A stretch of DNA of 43,108 bases from a virus (IMGVR_UViG_3300003965_000020:1-43108); one strand, 5' to 3'; counted from the first letter of the stretch, positions 1 through 9,888 are shown. Numbers and translations: made by a program. The notes: generated from the sequence alone by a model not told the origin.

Positions 1-2724
1 ATGATCGTGCGCGAGGGCGGAGGAGACTTGCGCGCGCTGCTCCTCGAGCTTCTGTCGGGTTCGCCAGCGGTCACTTTGCTGCGTCCAGAACTGGAAGCGA
101 CCGTGCTGGACGCCACCGCCACGCCACAGTGCAGGCACGCAGCGCTCGATTGCCTCGTCAATGCGAAACTCGACCTGGCATTCATGGTCGATCCACTTAT
201 CGCGTCTGCCACGAACGAGGCGCTGCGTCTTGCTGCAAAGATCGTTGGCTATCTGGGCGTAGCTCGGTTACCTCGCGAAAAGCTTCGCGACCTGCTTCTG
301 GTTTGCGCCAACTTGTACCCGGCTGATCCAAGAGAGCGCGAACGCGTGATCGGATCACGGTACTTCATTCGAATCCTAGTGCGGGCCTTCGACGCTGATC
401 TGTGTGGTTGGCTGCTTGACGAGATTACTCAGGGCGTGGCGTGCACCTGCGGTGCGCATTCATTGGAATGTCACTGCCGAGATGGCATCAGCAAGATTGC
501 AGGGCATCTCCTTGACAGATTTTTCGACATCGCCGAGGCGCCGCGGGATCCTGTGAGGATCTGGCGCTGGCTGAAACCACTTAACTACCACCGCGCTGCC
601 AGTGCGAAGGATAGCGCGGCAGTCCGTGTCCTGCAGGAGGAACACCACCTGCGGCGTGAAATTCAGCGGATGATCTTCGAGGGGCTGAACACTCGAGAGG
701 CCATGATCGACCAAGGGATCGACCGCTATGGCCATGCGGGGTTGTCTTTTCAGTATGACGATATCCGGCCGATGATGGATCACGCAGTTGCGACAGGCAA
801 TGTCGAACTTTGGGACTTTTTCGTTCACTCGCACAACTTCTATCGAGCGCGAGGGGAAAGGGGCCCGGACGAGCTTCGAAATTATGCTCGACAGCAAGCG
901 CTTCAGAATCCGGACTTCCTCGCCAGGTGGGCACTCAGGCAACGCCGACAATTCCGTAGCTGGCGGCAAAATCGCGAACGGCGCTATCGCTTTCAGGCCC
1001 GTCGGCGGCGTCGAGAGCGCGCAGCTGAAGGCAAGGCGGTCAGATCACTGACCAGAGATCGCGGCATTATCGAAGCTGGCCAACACAAAGGCTGGTTGAC
1101 CTACATCGCGCGCTGTTATCTGGTTCAACCGAACGACATGGACGAGCTTACGCGTGGGCTGATCGACGTAGACGCGTCCCTGCGGAACTATCTCCGCACT
1201 GTCGGCGATGACATCCCGACCTTGGAACAGTGTGCGTTGGGCACAGCTCGCGCAAGCGTTGTCAGGCTCCATGCCGCCTGCGTCGCCGAGTTTAGAGCTA
1301 CCCGTGACCTGTCACAGATTGATCGGCGCGTCCTTGCCGCGGTCCGAACAGACATCGGTGGATACAATTGGGGCAGTGAGGGTGAACGCGAGCGGTTCGA
1401 GGAAGCAGTCGAAGTTACGCTTTTTCGCAACGCGGCCGATGCAGACGCGTTCATAACAGGGTACGTTGAAGCTCAGCTCGCCTCTGGAAGCGAAACGGCA
1501 GACGTAAGCTGGCTGGAACGAAAGCCAATGTTCCATTTCCTTCTGCTAAAGCGTCCTTTGGAATGGTTGCGCAAGTTTCCGGCCATTGCACACCACCCCT
1601 TAAACCGGCTCTTCGACATGGCTGTTCGCTACGGGGATCGCGCAGACCTGCTTTCCTTGATCAGGGAGCGCTGTGCAGACCTTGATTCCGGCATGCTTCC
1701 CCACAGGCTTGAAGCCCAAAGGCGCTTTTGGTTCCTTCGCCACTTCTGGTTCTTGGACGATGATCAGTCAGCGGTCTGGTCGGTTCTTGATCGGAACCCT
1801 AATTTCATCTTCGAACTCGAACACATCCGGAGTGACCAGAGAGGGGACGATGCGACGTGGCCCGACCTGAGTGCCGCGAAAATTGCGCGCATCTTGGACA
1901 CGTTCATTGACCGCTGGCCGCCTGTCCCACTTCCTTCAAGTTGGGGAACTGGTAGCCCGAAGCCGGAAACTGCTTATCGTTATCTGACTGACATCGTCTA
2001 CATGACAGGACGGGATACGACGGACGCTGTCTTGCCGGTTCTGGATGGCCTTCTCGCCGATCCTCGGATGGCACCGTTTCACAGAAATCTGCGGAGCATC
2101 CGGGCGGCGAGCAGGCGCACAATATCTCTACGCGACTTTGCCCCACCGAGCGCCGCAGCTGTCAGAGCTGCACTTGATCAGGGACGGCCAGCCAGCGTCG
2201 AACACATGCGCCGCGTCGTTGTCGAGTTCCTTGGACGACTACAAGACGACGTCCTCGGCGGTGATCTTGGGGTGATCGACCAGTTCTACGAGAACGGACA
2301 GCGGCTTGGCGAGAATCCCGCAACGCGGCGCATCGTGAACTGGCTGAGACCTCGCCTTGAGCCCCTTGGGTTTGTCGACGTAATTGAACATCAGCTTGCC
2401 GATGGCAACCGATGCGACATAACAGCCTCCATCCAAACGCCCGCTGGGCGCAAGATGTTGGTTGTGGAAGTCAAAGGCCAATGGAATGCCGAGCTTTTCA
2501 CGGCGGCCCAGATGCAGCTTGCAGATCGCTACGCGGTACATCCAACAGCGGAAGAACAAGGTGTTTACTTGGTCCTCTGGTTCGGTGCCGATGAAAAGAT
2601 CGCAGGTCTGAAGAACCACGATAACTTGCAAGCTTCTGATCTGAAAAAGAAACTTGAAAAAGGCCTACCCGCCGAGCTTGCGGGCAAGATTGATGTTGTG
2701 GTTCTTGACCTGTCGAGGCGTTAA
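1..2724 (+). CDS. Large helical protein with C-terminal PD-(D/E)xK-like nuclease domain; probably the N-truncated part of an NTPase-nuclease (candidate defence protein)
   Basis: 907-aa ORF starting at the window edge; C-terminal 'EHQLADGNRCDI...VVEVKGQW...GVYLVLWFG' resembles a restriction-endonuclease-fold active site; no Walker A visible in the window. Confidence 0.5.
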   Translation: MIVREGGGDLRALLLELLSGSPAVTLLRPELEATVLDATATPQCRHAALDCLVNAKLDLAFMVDPLIASATNEALRLAAKIVGYLGVARLPREKLRDLLLVCANLYPADPRERERVIGSRYFIRILVRAFDADLCGWLLDEITQGVACTCGAHSLECHCRDGISKIAGHLLDRFFDIAEAPRDPVRIWRWLKPLNYHRAASAKDSAAVRVLQEEHHLRREIQRMIFEGLNTREAMIDQGIDRYGHAGLSFQYDDIRPMMDHAVATGNVELWDFFVHSHNFYRARGERGPDELRNYARQQALQNPDFLARWALRQRRQFRSWRQNRERRYRFQARRRRRERAAEGKAVRSLTRDRGIIEAGQHKGWLTYIARCYLVQPNDMDELTRGLIDVDASLRNYLRTVGDDIPTLEQCALGTARASVVRLHAACVAEFRATRDLSQIDRRVLAAVRTDIGGYNWGSEGERERFEEAVEVTLFRNAADADAFITGYVEAQLASGSETADVSWLERKPMFHFLLLKRPLEWLRKFPAIAHHPLNRLFDMAVRYGDRADLLSLIRERCADLDSGMLPHRLEAQRRFWFLRHFWFLDDDQSAVWSVLDRNPNFIFELEHIRSDQRGDDATWPDLSAAKIARILDTFIDRWPPVPLPSSWGTGSPKPETAYRYLTDIVYMTGRDTTDAVLPVLDGLLADPRMAPFHRNLRSIRAASRRTISLRDFAPPSAAAVRAALDQGRPASVEHMRRVVVEFLGRLQDDVLGGDLGVIDQFYENGQRLGENPATRRIVNWLRPRLEPLGFVDVIEHQLADGNRCDITASIQTPAGRKMLVVEVKGQWNAELFTAAQMQLADRYAVHPTAEEQGVYLVLWFGADEKIAGLKNHDNLQASDLKKKLEKGLPAELAGKIDVVVLDLSRR

Positions 2725-2745
2725 AGGGCGACGTTGCCATCCTGT

Positions 2746-2991
2746 CTACCGGCATGCCCGCGCCTGGTCTCGCAAGACGGCGTAGTCGCTCAGCATCCGG
2801 ACGACCATGGCATCTTCTGGCAGCGCCACGACCTCGTCAGCGGCTCGCGCTTGATCGGCGGCAGTGTACTCAACCACTGGCGGACATGGCGCGCGGGTGT
2901 CAGTACCGCCCATCGCGCAGGCGCTCAGCCAAAGCATCGCGATCATGAGGACGGCGAGCCGCGGCGTCGAGCATCTGGCGATGGATGGCAT
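2746..2991 (-). CDS. Putative o-spanin (Rz1-like lipoprotein)
   Basis: Signal peptide with lipobox 'LWLSAC', Pro/Cys-containing mature part; overlaps the preceding gene in another frame; last gene of the lysis cassette. Confidence 0.65.
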   Translation of the reverse strand: MPSIARCSTPRLAVLMIAMLWLSACAMGGTDTRAPCPPVVEYTAADQARAADEVVALPEDAMVVRMLSDYAVLRDQARACR

Positions 2992-3145
2992 CGTTTCTCT
3001 CTCGGGCATCAAAGCGCTCGGCAGCACGCCCGGCACGTTCGCCTGCACGGCGCAAGTTCAGCAGGAACAGCAGGATTGCTGTGGCGGTAAGGATCAGGCC
3101 CAGCGCCTTGCGCACCGAGCCCTGGGGCAGGAGCCAGCCGATCAC
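2900..3145 (-). CDS. Putative i-spanin (Rz-like)
   Basis: N-terminal TM segment (LGLILTATAILLFLL) followed by a charged helical region; directly after the endolysin. Confidence 0.6.
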   Translation of the reverse strand: MIGWLLPQGSVRKALGLILTATAILLFLLNLRRAGERAGRAAERFDARERNDAIHRQMLDAAARRPHDRDALAERLRDGRY

Positions 3146-3816
3146 CGCTGGCCCCGTTTCCAGTCGTCGAGCCGCGCATGAATGGTGACGGCGATCCCGA
3201 TCAGCGCGATGACGATCAGCACCCAGCGGAGGGTGTCGAGATAGGGCACCAGCGGCTGGATCGTGGACTGCGTTTCGGCGAGGACGTCCTGCAGCACTTC
3301 AACACCGGCTGCGCCAACGGTCGCTGCCCCGGCCGCCCCGCCACCGCGCAGTGTGCGGCTTTCGGCCAGAACTTCGCGCGCAGGCGGCAGTTCCGGCGCG
3401 AAGGGCACTGGCCGTGCTGTGAAGGGATCGCCCCAGGACCGGGCGGGCCCGAGGTCGATATGCATGAAGCCCGAGCGGGGGTAGTATCCGAAGCCGAGGA
3501 AGCCCACGGCCCGCGCCGCGGCCTCGAAAGTCACCGGATCGTGGTTCGCCATCGCGATGTCAAACGCGGTCGCCTGCATGTGTTTCGAGGCTGGGGCCCC
3601 GCCGACAGCGCGGTTGTGTTCCGGGCTGCGATAGGCGGAGCGGATGATCAGCGGCTTGCCGAGGCGGTCGCGCAGGGCTTGCAGCTTGTCCATGGCCTCG
3701 GTGTTGATCTTGATCGCGCCGGTGCCGCGGCAGGCGATCTCTGCGGGCGAAAAGCTCGGCCAGCGCCACGCCTTCTCGGGAACGTCGCGCCAGGTGGGGA
3801 AAGACAGGGTCGGCAT
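3142..3816 (-). CDS. Endolysin, peptidase M15A (YcbK/DUF882-like) with C-terminal membrane segment
   Basis: 'SAYRSPEHNRAVGGAPASKHMQATAFDI' and 'FMHID' Zn-peptidase motifs; GGAGG RBS upstream. Confidence 0.85.
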   Translation of the reverse strand: MPTLSFPTWRDVPEKAWRWPSFSPAEIACRGTGAIKINTEAMDKLQALRDRLGKPLIIRSAYRSPEHNRAVGGAPASKHMQATAFDIAMANHDPVTFEAAARAVGFLGFGYYPRSGFMHIDLGPARSWGDPFTARPVPFAPELPPAREVLAESRTLRGGGAAGAATVGAAGVEVLQDVLAETQSTIQPLVPYLDTLRWVLIVIALIGIAVTIHARLDDWKRGQR

Positions 3817-3834
3817 GGTGGATCCTCCAAATGG

Positions 3835-3856
3835 AAAAGCCCGCCGAGGGGCGGGC
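3835..3856 (-). terminator. Rho-independent terminator/attenuator-like hairpin upstream of the endolysin
   Basis: GCCCGCC / 4-nt loop / GGCGGGC stem followed by TTTT on the minus strand. Confidence 0.5.
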
Positions 3857-3897
3857 CGGGTGGTCTTGTTAGTGGTGAAATGGGCAGCGCCTCCCGG

Positions 3898-4188
3898 TCA
3901 GGGCGCGCTGCCAAAGATCTTCAGCTTGATCGCAATCCCCGCGAGTAGCGCGAGAATGACGCCCGTGGTGATCAGGTGGACCGCACTCTGGACGGCAGTG
4001 CGGCGCACAAAGCGGATGGCATCGAGCAGAGCGCGCAGATCGCGGATATCGAGGGCGGCTTCCTTGCCGTCGAGGCCGACATCGGCCAGAGCACGCTTCG
4101 CCCCCTCTTCCGCCGCTCGAGCCAACAGTTCCTCGAATTCGGCATCTGGCATGCGGACATGGCCCTCTCCGGAACGGCGCGGGCTCAT
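3898..4188 (-). CDS. Holin-like small membrane protein (DUF6127-like)
   Basis: 'EFEELLARAAEEGAKRALADVGLDG...' plus C-terminal TM helix; upstream of the endolysin; ATGA overlap with the previous gene. Confidence 0.6.
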   Translation of the reverse strand: MSPRRSGEGHVRMPDAEFEELLARAAEEGAKRALADVGLDGKEAALDIRDLRALLDAIRFVRRTAVQSAVHLITTGVILALLAGIAIKLKIFGSAP

Positions 4189-5183
4189 GCGGACAGGATC
4201 CCGACTTCGGCAGGCAGGGTCACGCTCGTCCAGCCGCTGCTGTCGGCCGGGTTCAGGGCCCATGTGGAATAGACCGACCGTGGCATGAGGGACGGCACGG
4301 TGACCGGAGCCGCATCATGATTGACACCACCCATCCGCAGGAACCCCGCTGCCGCCTGTGGACCTATCGTCCCTGCCTGGGCGACCTGCTTCACATGAAC
4401 ACCGGCGATGGCCGCGACCGCCGCAGGCCCGGTCGGCCCGGTGAGTGAGAAGGACAGCCGCTGCCCGGCCGCGTTGCTGGTAACCCGCGTGCCGACATCC
4501 TCATCCTTCAGGGCGTCGATGCTGCCCGCCATCTGGCTGAAGGTCGCGATGGCGTTGGGGGTACGCCGCACGAAGCGCCGCCCGATGGTCGACACCCCAT
4601 CCAGCACCGCGAAATGCGCATAGTACCAGGTGCGTGTCGTGCTCGTGCCATGCAGACCGGTGTTGGCAAAGACGATTTGCACCGGCTTGCCCTTGCCTTG
4701 GGTGTTGGCGGCCGTGGCCGAACTTTGCAGCACGCCATCGACATAGAAGTCGATGGTGATGCTTGTTCCGACCGAAACCCGCACGTCGATCCATTGCGGT
4801 TGGCCGTTGGACGCGGTGTAGCTGGACCCACCCTGAACAGTCGTGTCCCCCCTGGCGATGGCATGGTATCGCTTCGTGCTGGACAGGGGCTGGACCTGCG
4901 CGATGCGGACCAGGTTCGCATCATAGATGTCGAGGAAGTTGGCCGTCGCCTCTGTGATGTTCTCGGAGTCGGCGTTGGGTGGCACATAGCGAAAGCCCAG
5001 CCAAAGATCGCCCACGGGCGGCGAAAATGCGACCGAAAAAGGGGCCGCATATGTGCGCGATCCGATGAAGCGAACACCATTGATGTCGAGGTTCGCGTCG
5101 AAGCCGCCAGCGACGGTACTGAGCATTCCGGCGATGCCCGAGACGTCGGTCGGCTGATGGCCGAGATGCAGGATGTAGCTCAT
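4185..5183 (-). CDS. Beta-rich virion protein (putative receptor-binding/lectin-like)
   Basis: Start MSYILHLGHQ coupled (ATGA) to the upstream stop; Gly/Thr/Ser/Val-rich; at the end of the tail module. Confidence 0.5.
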   Translation of the reverse strand: MSYILHLGHQPTDVSGIAGMLSTVAGGFDANLDINGVRFIGSRTYAAPFSVAFSPPVGDLWLGFRYVPPNADSENITEATANFLDIYDANLVRIAQVQPLSSTKRYHAIARGDTTVQGGSSYTASNGQPQWIDVRVSVGTSITIDFYVDGVLQSSATAANTQGKGKPVQIVFANTGLHGTSTTRTWYYAHFAVLDGVSTIGRRFVRRTPNAIATFSQMAGSIDALKDEDVGTRVTSNAAGQRLSFSLTGPTGPAAVAAIAGVHVKQVAQAGTIGPQAAAGFLRMGGVNHDAAPVTVPSLMPRSVYSTWALNPADSSGWTSVTLPAEVGILSA

Positions 5184-6046
5184 GGCAGTTCCACTTCGAT
5201 GTAGAGGTTGGCTTGGGTCCAGGTGGCGCCGCGACCCCCACCGTGCTCGACGAAGAGCGCGGCATCGGCGGCGGTGAGATGCGGCCCGCCGCCCCGGCTG
5301 ATCCAGAGGGAGGCGCCCGCAATGCTGAGGCCGCGATCCCAACCAATCTCGAGGAAGGCTGCGGCGTCGAAGACGCGGAGGTCTGGATCGAGGTACCCAA
5401 GCGCCGTCACGCCCGGGGGCACCGGATAGCTGAACTGGGAGGGAAGCGAGCGTAGTGTGCCGCCGTCGCCGGTGTTCCGTCCCTGCACTTGCGGGTAGAA
5501 GGCAGGGCTTCCGCCTGCGGTCCATGTGGCCGCGCCGCTCACCGGGTCATCGCGCCAGATGCCGTTCTTGCCGATCCAGAGACGGCCGAGGGCCGGGTCG
5601 AGGACGAACATCAGCACATCGCCTGCGCCGAAGGTGGGCAGACCGGTCAGGCGCTGTTCGGCGGTGGCGGTGGCCGAGGACCAGAGCGCGCCGGTGCCCC
5701 GCCAGCCGATCGAACCCAGCGTGATGGGGTTGAGGCCCGCATTGAACTCCTCGCGCTGCGCAGCCGCGACGACGCCCATGTAGCCGTCGAAGGTTGCGGC
5801 ACCTGGGGCGCAAAGGACTTCCCAATAGCGCCGCCCGTCTGTCGGCAGGATCGCTTTGGCGGTCGGCACCCAACGCAGGTAGTTCGTTCCACCCGAGGTG
5901 TTGACGGCGGTCTGGTTGCCGTTCGACAGGGTGTAGCCGGAGGGACAGCGGGTGATGTCGAGCTGCCAGACCGCGCCGATATCGACTGGGGGCGCAGCAT
6001 CCCCGCTTTGGGCGAGGATGGCGCCGCGCATCATCAGAAGGCTCAT
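5180..6046 (-). CDS. SPRY/B30.2-like domain protein (tail-associated)
   Basis: 'TLSNGNQTA...GRRYWEV...YMGVV...FGAGDVLMFVLD...GRLWIGKNG' SPRY pattern; ATGA overlap at the start. Confidence 0.7.
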   Translation of the reverse strand: MSLLMMRGAILAQSGDAAPPVDIGAVWQLDITRCPSGYTLSNGNQTAVNTSGGTNYLRWVPTAKAILPTDGRRYWEVLCAPGAATFDGYMGVVAAAQREEFNAGLNPITLGSIGWRGTGALWSSATATAEQRLTGLPTFGAGDVLMFVLDPALGRLWIGKNGIWRDDPVSGAATWTAGGSPAFYPQVQGRNTGDGGTLRSLPSQFSYPVPPGVTALGYLDPDLRVFDAAAFLEIGWDRGLSIAGASLWISRGGGPHLTAADAALFVEHGGGRGATWTQANLYIEVELP

Positions 6047-6720
6047 GCAACGGCTCCCGCCAGCGCGCCTTGGATGATCCAGGCATCGGCGCCGCGCTTC
6101 ACGAGTGCTGCCCCTGACCATTGGCCGTCGAGAGCAACGGAACCGCCCACAACCCCATTCAGCGACACCCCGGGTGCTGTAGCCACGGTGGCGACACCGG
6201 CGCCGACCTGTGTCACGTTGATAAGCGATCCGATCTCGAAGGGAACATTGGCCTCCGTCGGGATCGTCACGGTGACGGCAGAGGAACCTGTGGTCTCGAT
6301 TATGCTGCCCAGATCGACGGCTTCCAGCGTGTAGCTTGTGGCAGTCAGGGTCCTGATGCGCACGGTCCCCGGGCGTGGCACCTCGACCCATGCCCCGGCC
6401 GTGAAGCGCACGTGCCGCGCCTCATCGGCGACCCAGACCTGCCAGCCCTCCTGCGGGGGTAGGTAGACCCAAGCCGCTGCCCCGGCGGGCGACTGATCCC
6501 AGAGCGCCAGCGCATTGGCGTTCGCCCCGGCTGCGGCGGGCACGATCAGCATCTGGCCTGCGCTGCCCGTCGCAGGCAGCGGCGTGGTGCGGGATGCGGC
6601 GCGCGCCTGCACGAGGACCGAGAGGCGGCGGAGGTCTTCGCTGAGGCTGGTGCCCCAGTTGCGCTGGCCGGGATCGTAGAAGGCGCGCAGCCCCAATCCC
6701 GGCATGATCCGTTCCGGCAT
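6043..6720 (-). CDS. DUF2793-like tail fibre/adaptor protein
   Basis: 'LALWD...WVYLPPQEGWQVWVADE' motif and C-terminal 'VTIP...FEIGSLINVTQVGAG...WIIQGAL' fibre domain. Confidence 0.65.
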   Translation of the reverse strand: MPERIMPGLGLRAFYDPGQRNWGTSLSEDLRRLSVLVQARAASRTTPLPATGSAGQMLIVPAAAGANANALALWDQSPAGAAAWVYLPPQEGWQVWVADEARHVRFTAGAWVEVPRPGTVRIRTLTATSYTLEAVDLGSIIETTGSSAVTVTIPTEANVPFEIGSLINVTQVGAGVATVATAPGVSLNGVVGGSVALDGQWSGAALVKRGADAWIIQGALAGAVA

Positions 6721-6753
6721 ACTCGTCCTCGTTCGTTATTTTGAATTCCGGGG

Positions 6754-9700
6754 TCAGGTGCCCCAGAGGAAACCCCAGCCGCGGTCCCATCCGGCGGCGA
6801 AGGGCGCCGTCAGTCGAAACCACCGCGCCTCGCGGTCTGTGACCCAGCTGTCCTCGACCAGACGCCGGGACCGGACGGCCAGTTCGATCTCGGCCGTCCG
6901 ATCCGGGGCGCCGAGTTCCGGGATGGCCTCCGGAGCGAGGGACCAGCTGGCGGCACTGCCTGCATCCATCACCACGCCCGCGGGCAGGATCGCGATGCCG
7001 CTATCCGGATCCACCCAGCGCACTTCGATGATGTAGCCGACGCCCGGTTCCGGGCCGATCGAGGCGCCGGTGTGGTCGATGATGACGGGACTGGTCTGGG
7101 TCAGCCGATCACGGTGCGTCCAGCTCAATGTGAGATTGCCGGTGACTAGCGCATCGACATTGGGGGCGTAGCTGCCATTCCCTTGCACGCGCCCGGGCGG
7201 TAGGGGCCGGATGGCGCGGCGGTCGAGGGTGACGTTGTCCTCTGGGGCAAGCGCAAAAGCCAACGTGCCACGCCCGGTCTCGGGCAGAAGCCGCGCGGTC
7301 AGCGTCTCGCCAGCCGCCCAGCTGTCTTCGGGGATCCGTGCCACATCGTCGAAGAAGATGACTGGCGTGCCGGAGGCATGGGCGCGCGGAACGGTGTCGA
7401 GGCAACCCCGACCGACGGTGACGCTGCTCGGCGTGATCCCATCCACGCGGACCAGTTCGCCATCGATGCTGGCCAGCGTGCCGATCTCAACCTCGCCGAT
7501 ATCGCGCCAGCCGGTCACCGGGATCACCCGTGCCTCCGGGCTATCGGTCACATCGGCGGCCAGTAGTGCCGTCGGGGCGAAGGCGACCACGCCCTCCTGT
7601 GTGGGTCCGGTGCCGGGATCGACCCAGAGCTGGGCCGCCAAAGCATCGGCGCTGGGGCGTTCGCCGGTCGCAAGTAGCGCGCCTGCGTCCGGATCGTCGG
7701 CAATGCGGCGGTCGGCCTCGCTGTGGCCAAGCTCGCGGACGAGAAGCCAGTACGGGGCTTCCTCGACCATGCGGCGCGCGAGGGCCCGCGGCGGGGCGGC
7801 GACACCGGTTCCCGTGGGCATCCGCCCACCCGCGATGGCGGTAGCGCCCAGCGCGAAGACATCCTCGGCGATCTTGAGCCGGATACCGTTGTCGCGGCCG
7901 TCGCCCTGTCCGATCTCAGAAATCCGCATCACGACGTCATCGAGACCCAGCCGCGTCGAGCGCAGCCGGATCACATCCCCGGGGCCGAGATCGGCCCCCT
8001 CACGATTGACGACGATCTCTCCAGTCAGGAGCGGCGCCGACAAGGCACGCAGGTCGCGTTCTGCCACTCGCACGGCGAGCCCCTGATAGCGGATGCCGGG
8101 ATAGTCGAGCGTGGTGGCCAGCACCTCGCCCATGGCCTGGACGCGGGCGGTGTCGGTCACGCTGACCGCCCCGGTGTCGTCGGTCCAGGCATCGGTGAAT
8201 CGGACGGTGACACTGTTCACGAGATCAGACGGGGATCGGCGCCCGAGGCGACCCCAATCCACAACATTGGTCTCGTCGAACAGCGGCAGCGTTGCGGCTG
8301 TGTAATCCGCCCGGATCAGCTTCAGCTCCCAAAGCCCGGTGCGCCGGTCGATGAAGAGCGTGGCGTCGATATGGTCGAGGACGCTCGCGACGAACTCCTC
8401 GATGGACGAGTCCTGCTGCCAGATCAGCGAGAGGCCGAAGCCTTCGTTGTACAGGGTGTCGGCAGCAGTGTTGAAACTCGCCCCGATCTCGACCGACGAA
8501 TATCCAAGGCCCCAGTCCCGGTTGGTCAGGCATTCCCGGATGATGTGAGCCGGGTTCATGTCCGGGCCGTTGCCGAAGGCGCCGCGCAGCGAGGCAACCA
8601 GCGCCTGCGGATTGCCGGGCGGGATCACCGGCACGCCGTCCACGGGCGTGTTGTCGATGCGCGCGGTGTAGGACGTGTCGCTCAGCGCGATGTTGAAGCC
8701 GAAGATGTCTGCGGGCGGCAGGGTGCGGATGATCGCCAGCGCCGCATCGACCGAGGAGACCGGTGCGGGTTCACCATCGGTCACGAAGATCACGATCCGG
8801 CGCTTTGACCCGCCGCCTGCAAAGAATGCGCTGGCCTCCGCGAAGGCCGCGTTGAAGCTGGTGCCGCCGTTGGTGAAGTTCGAGAGCCCGAGCATCCAGG
8901 TCTCGAGCGCGGCATAGTCGGCAGGCCCCATGTTCCGCCGTTCGATGGATCCAGCGACGGCCACGTTCCAGAGGACGATGCGGATATCGTTCGGCCGGTC
9001 AGGATCAACGCCTGCGGCAATCTCGCGGATCAGCGCGGCGACACCCGCCTTCTGGGCCGACATGCGCGTGCCCGACATGGAGCCCGAGACATCAAGGGCG
9101 ATGTAGATCGCGGCATCCGAGATGTTCGCCTCGGGAACGATGGCCGCCTTCTCGGGATACCATTGCGCTGCGCCTGCCTCGCCGGACAGCACGCGAGTTA
9201 CGCGCACCGCCCATGGCTTCAGGTAAGGGTTGATGCCGAGATAGACCTGCCGCAGCACGAGGCTGCAGAGGCCGCGATAGGCGGGAACGTCTCCACCCAT
9301 GCGTGCAGCGAGATAGTCGTTCGCCCCCTGGCTCGTCCCGCCCATCAACACATCGACGTCCCCGCGGATGCCGCCCTCCCGGCTCTCCCCGCCGAAAAGG
9401 TCGGGCTTGTCGATCCGGATGCGCCCGCCACCGGCACCGGTACTGCTGGAGCCGGTCGTGGCCTCAAAGACCTCGACGGTCTGGGCAGCGAAGCTCAGGG
9501 CCTCGGGCAGCACGGTCCAGCGGGTGATGTTGGCGGCCGCATCGAAGGTAACGGCCTGCAGAGTGATCGTCTGGCTCGACCCGTTGACGAGCGCGAGGCG
9601 ATAGTCCTGCCCGATGCGCACGCCTGCGCGGGTGCCAGGTAAGCTGATGGTCGCGCCACTGTCGCCTGCCAGTGCCGCCGTGGCAGTCATTCCAGTGACC

Positions 9701-9888
9701 GTGCCGATGCGCGTCTCGACTGCCGCGCCGCCGCCACCGGAAGAACCCCCGCCTGTCGTAACGGACCAGGCGGTGCGGCGGTCGACGAGGATCTCGCGGA
9801 TGGCGTCGACCGGCCCGTGGCAGAGCGCCAGATGCACGCCCAGCGAATAGCGGTAGCCGACGGTCTGGGCCTTGCTCCTACCGCCCAT
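6754..9888 (-). CDS. Tail tip/host-specificity (J-like) protein with inserted vWA domain
   Basis: 'MGGRSKAQTVGYRY', 'PAYRGL', 'DMNPAHIIRECLT', Phage-tail_3-like region; MIDAS 'ALDVSGSMS...TSF...VTDGEP'. Confidence 0.85.
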   Translation of the reverse strand: MGGRSKAQTVGYRYSLGVHLALCHGPVDAIREILVDRRTAWSVTTGGGSSGGGGAAVETRIGTVTGMTATAALAGDSGATISLPGTRAGVRIGQDYRLALVNGSSQTITLQAVTFDAAANITRWTVLPEALSFAAQTVEVFEATTGSSSTGAGGGRIRIDKPDLFGGESREGGIRGDVDVLMGGTSQGANDYLAARMGGDVPAYRGLCSLVLRQVYLGINPYLKPWAVRVTRVLSGEAGAAQWYPEKAAIVPEANISDAAIYIALDVSGSMSGTRMSAQKAGVAALIREIAAGVDPDRPNDIRIVLWNVAVAGSIERRNMGPADYAALETWMLGLSNFTNGGTSFNAAFAEASAFFAGGGSKRRIVIFVTDGEPAPVSSVDAALAIIRTLPPADIFGFNIALSDTSYTARIDNTPVDGVPVIPPGNPQALVASLRGAFGNGPDMNPAHIIRECLTNRDWGLGYSSVEIGASFNTAADTLYNEGFGLSLIWQQDSSIEEFVASVLDHIDATLFIDRRTGLWELKLIRADYTAATLPLFDETNVVDWGRLGRRSPSDLVNSVTVRFTDAWTDDTGAVSVTDTARVQAMGEVLATTLDYPGIRYQGLAVRVAERDLRALSAPLLTGEIVVNREGADLGPGDVIRLRSTRLGLDDVVMRISEIGQGDGRDNGIRLKIAEDVFALGATAIAGGRMPTGTGVAAPPRALARRMVEEAPYWLLVRELGHSEADRRIADDPDAGALLATGERPSADALAAQLWVDPGTGPTQEGVVAFAPTALLAADVTDSPEARVIPVTGWRDIGEVEIGTLASIDGELVRVDGITPSSVTVGRGCLDTVPRAHASGTPVIFFDDVARIPEDSWAAGETLTARLLPETGRGTLAFALAPEDNVTLDRRAIRPLPPGRVQGNGSYAPNVDALVTGNLTLSWTHRDRLTQTSPVIIDHTGASIGPEPGVGYIIEVRWVDPDSGIAILPAGVVMDAGSAASWSLAPEAIPELGAPDRTAEIELAVRSRRLVEDSWVTDREARWFRLTAPFAAGWDRGWGFLWGT

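Noticed and set aside
4185-9888. Diversity-generating retroelement or shufflon acting on the fibre genes
   Set aside because: No reverse transcriptase, TR/VR pair or local invertase seen
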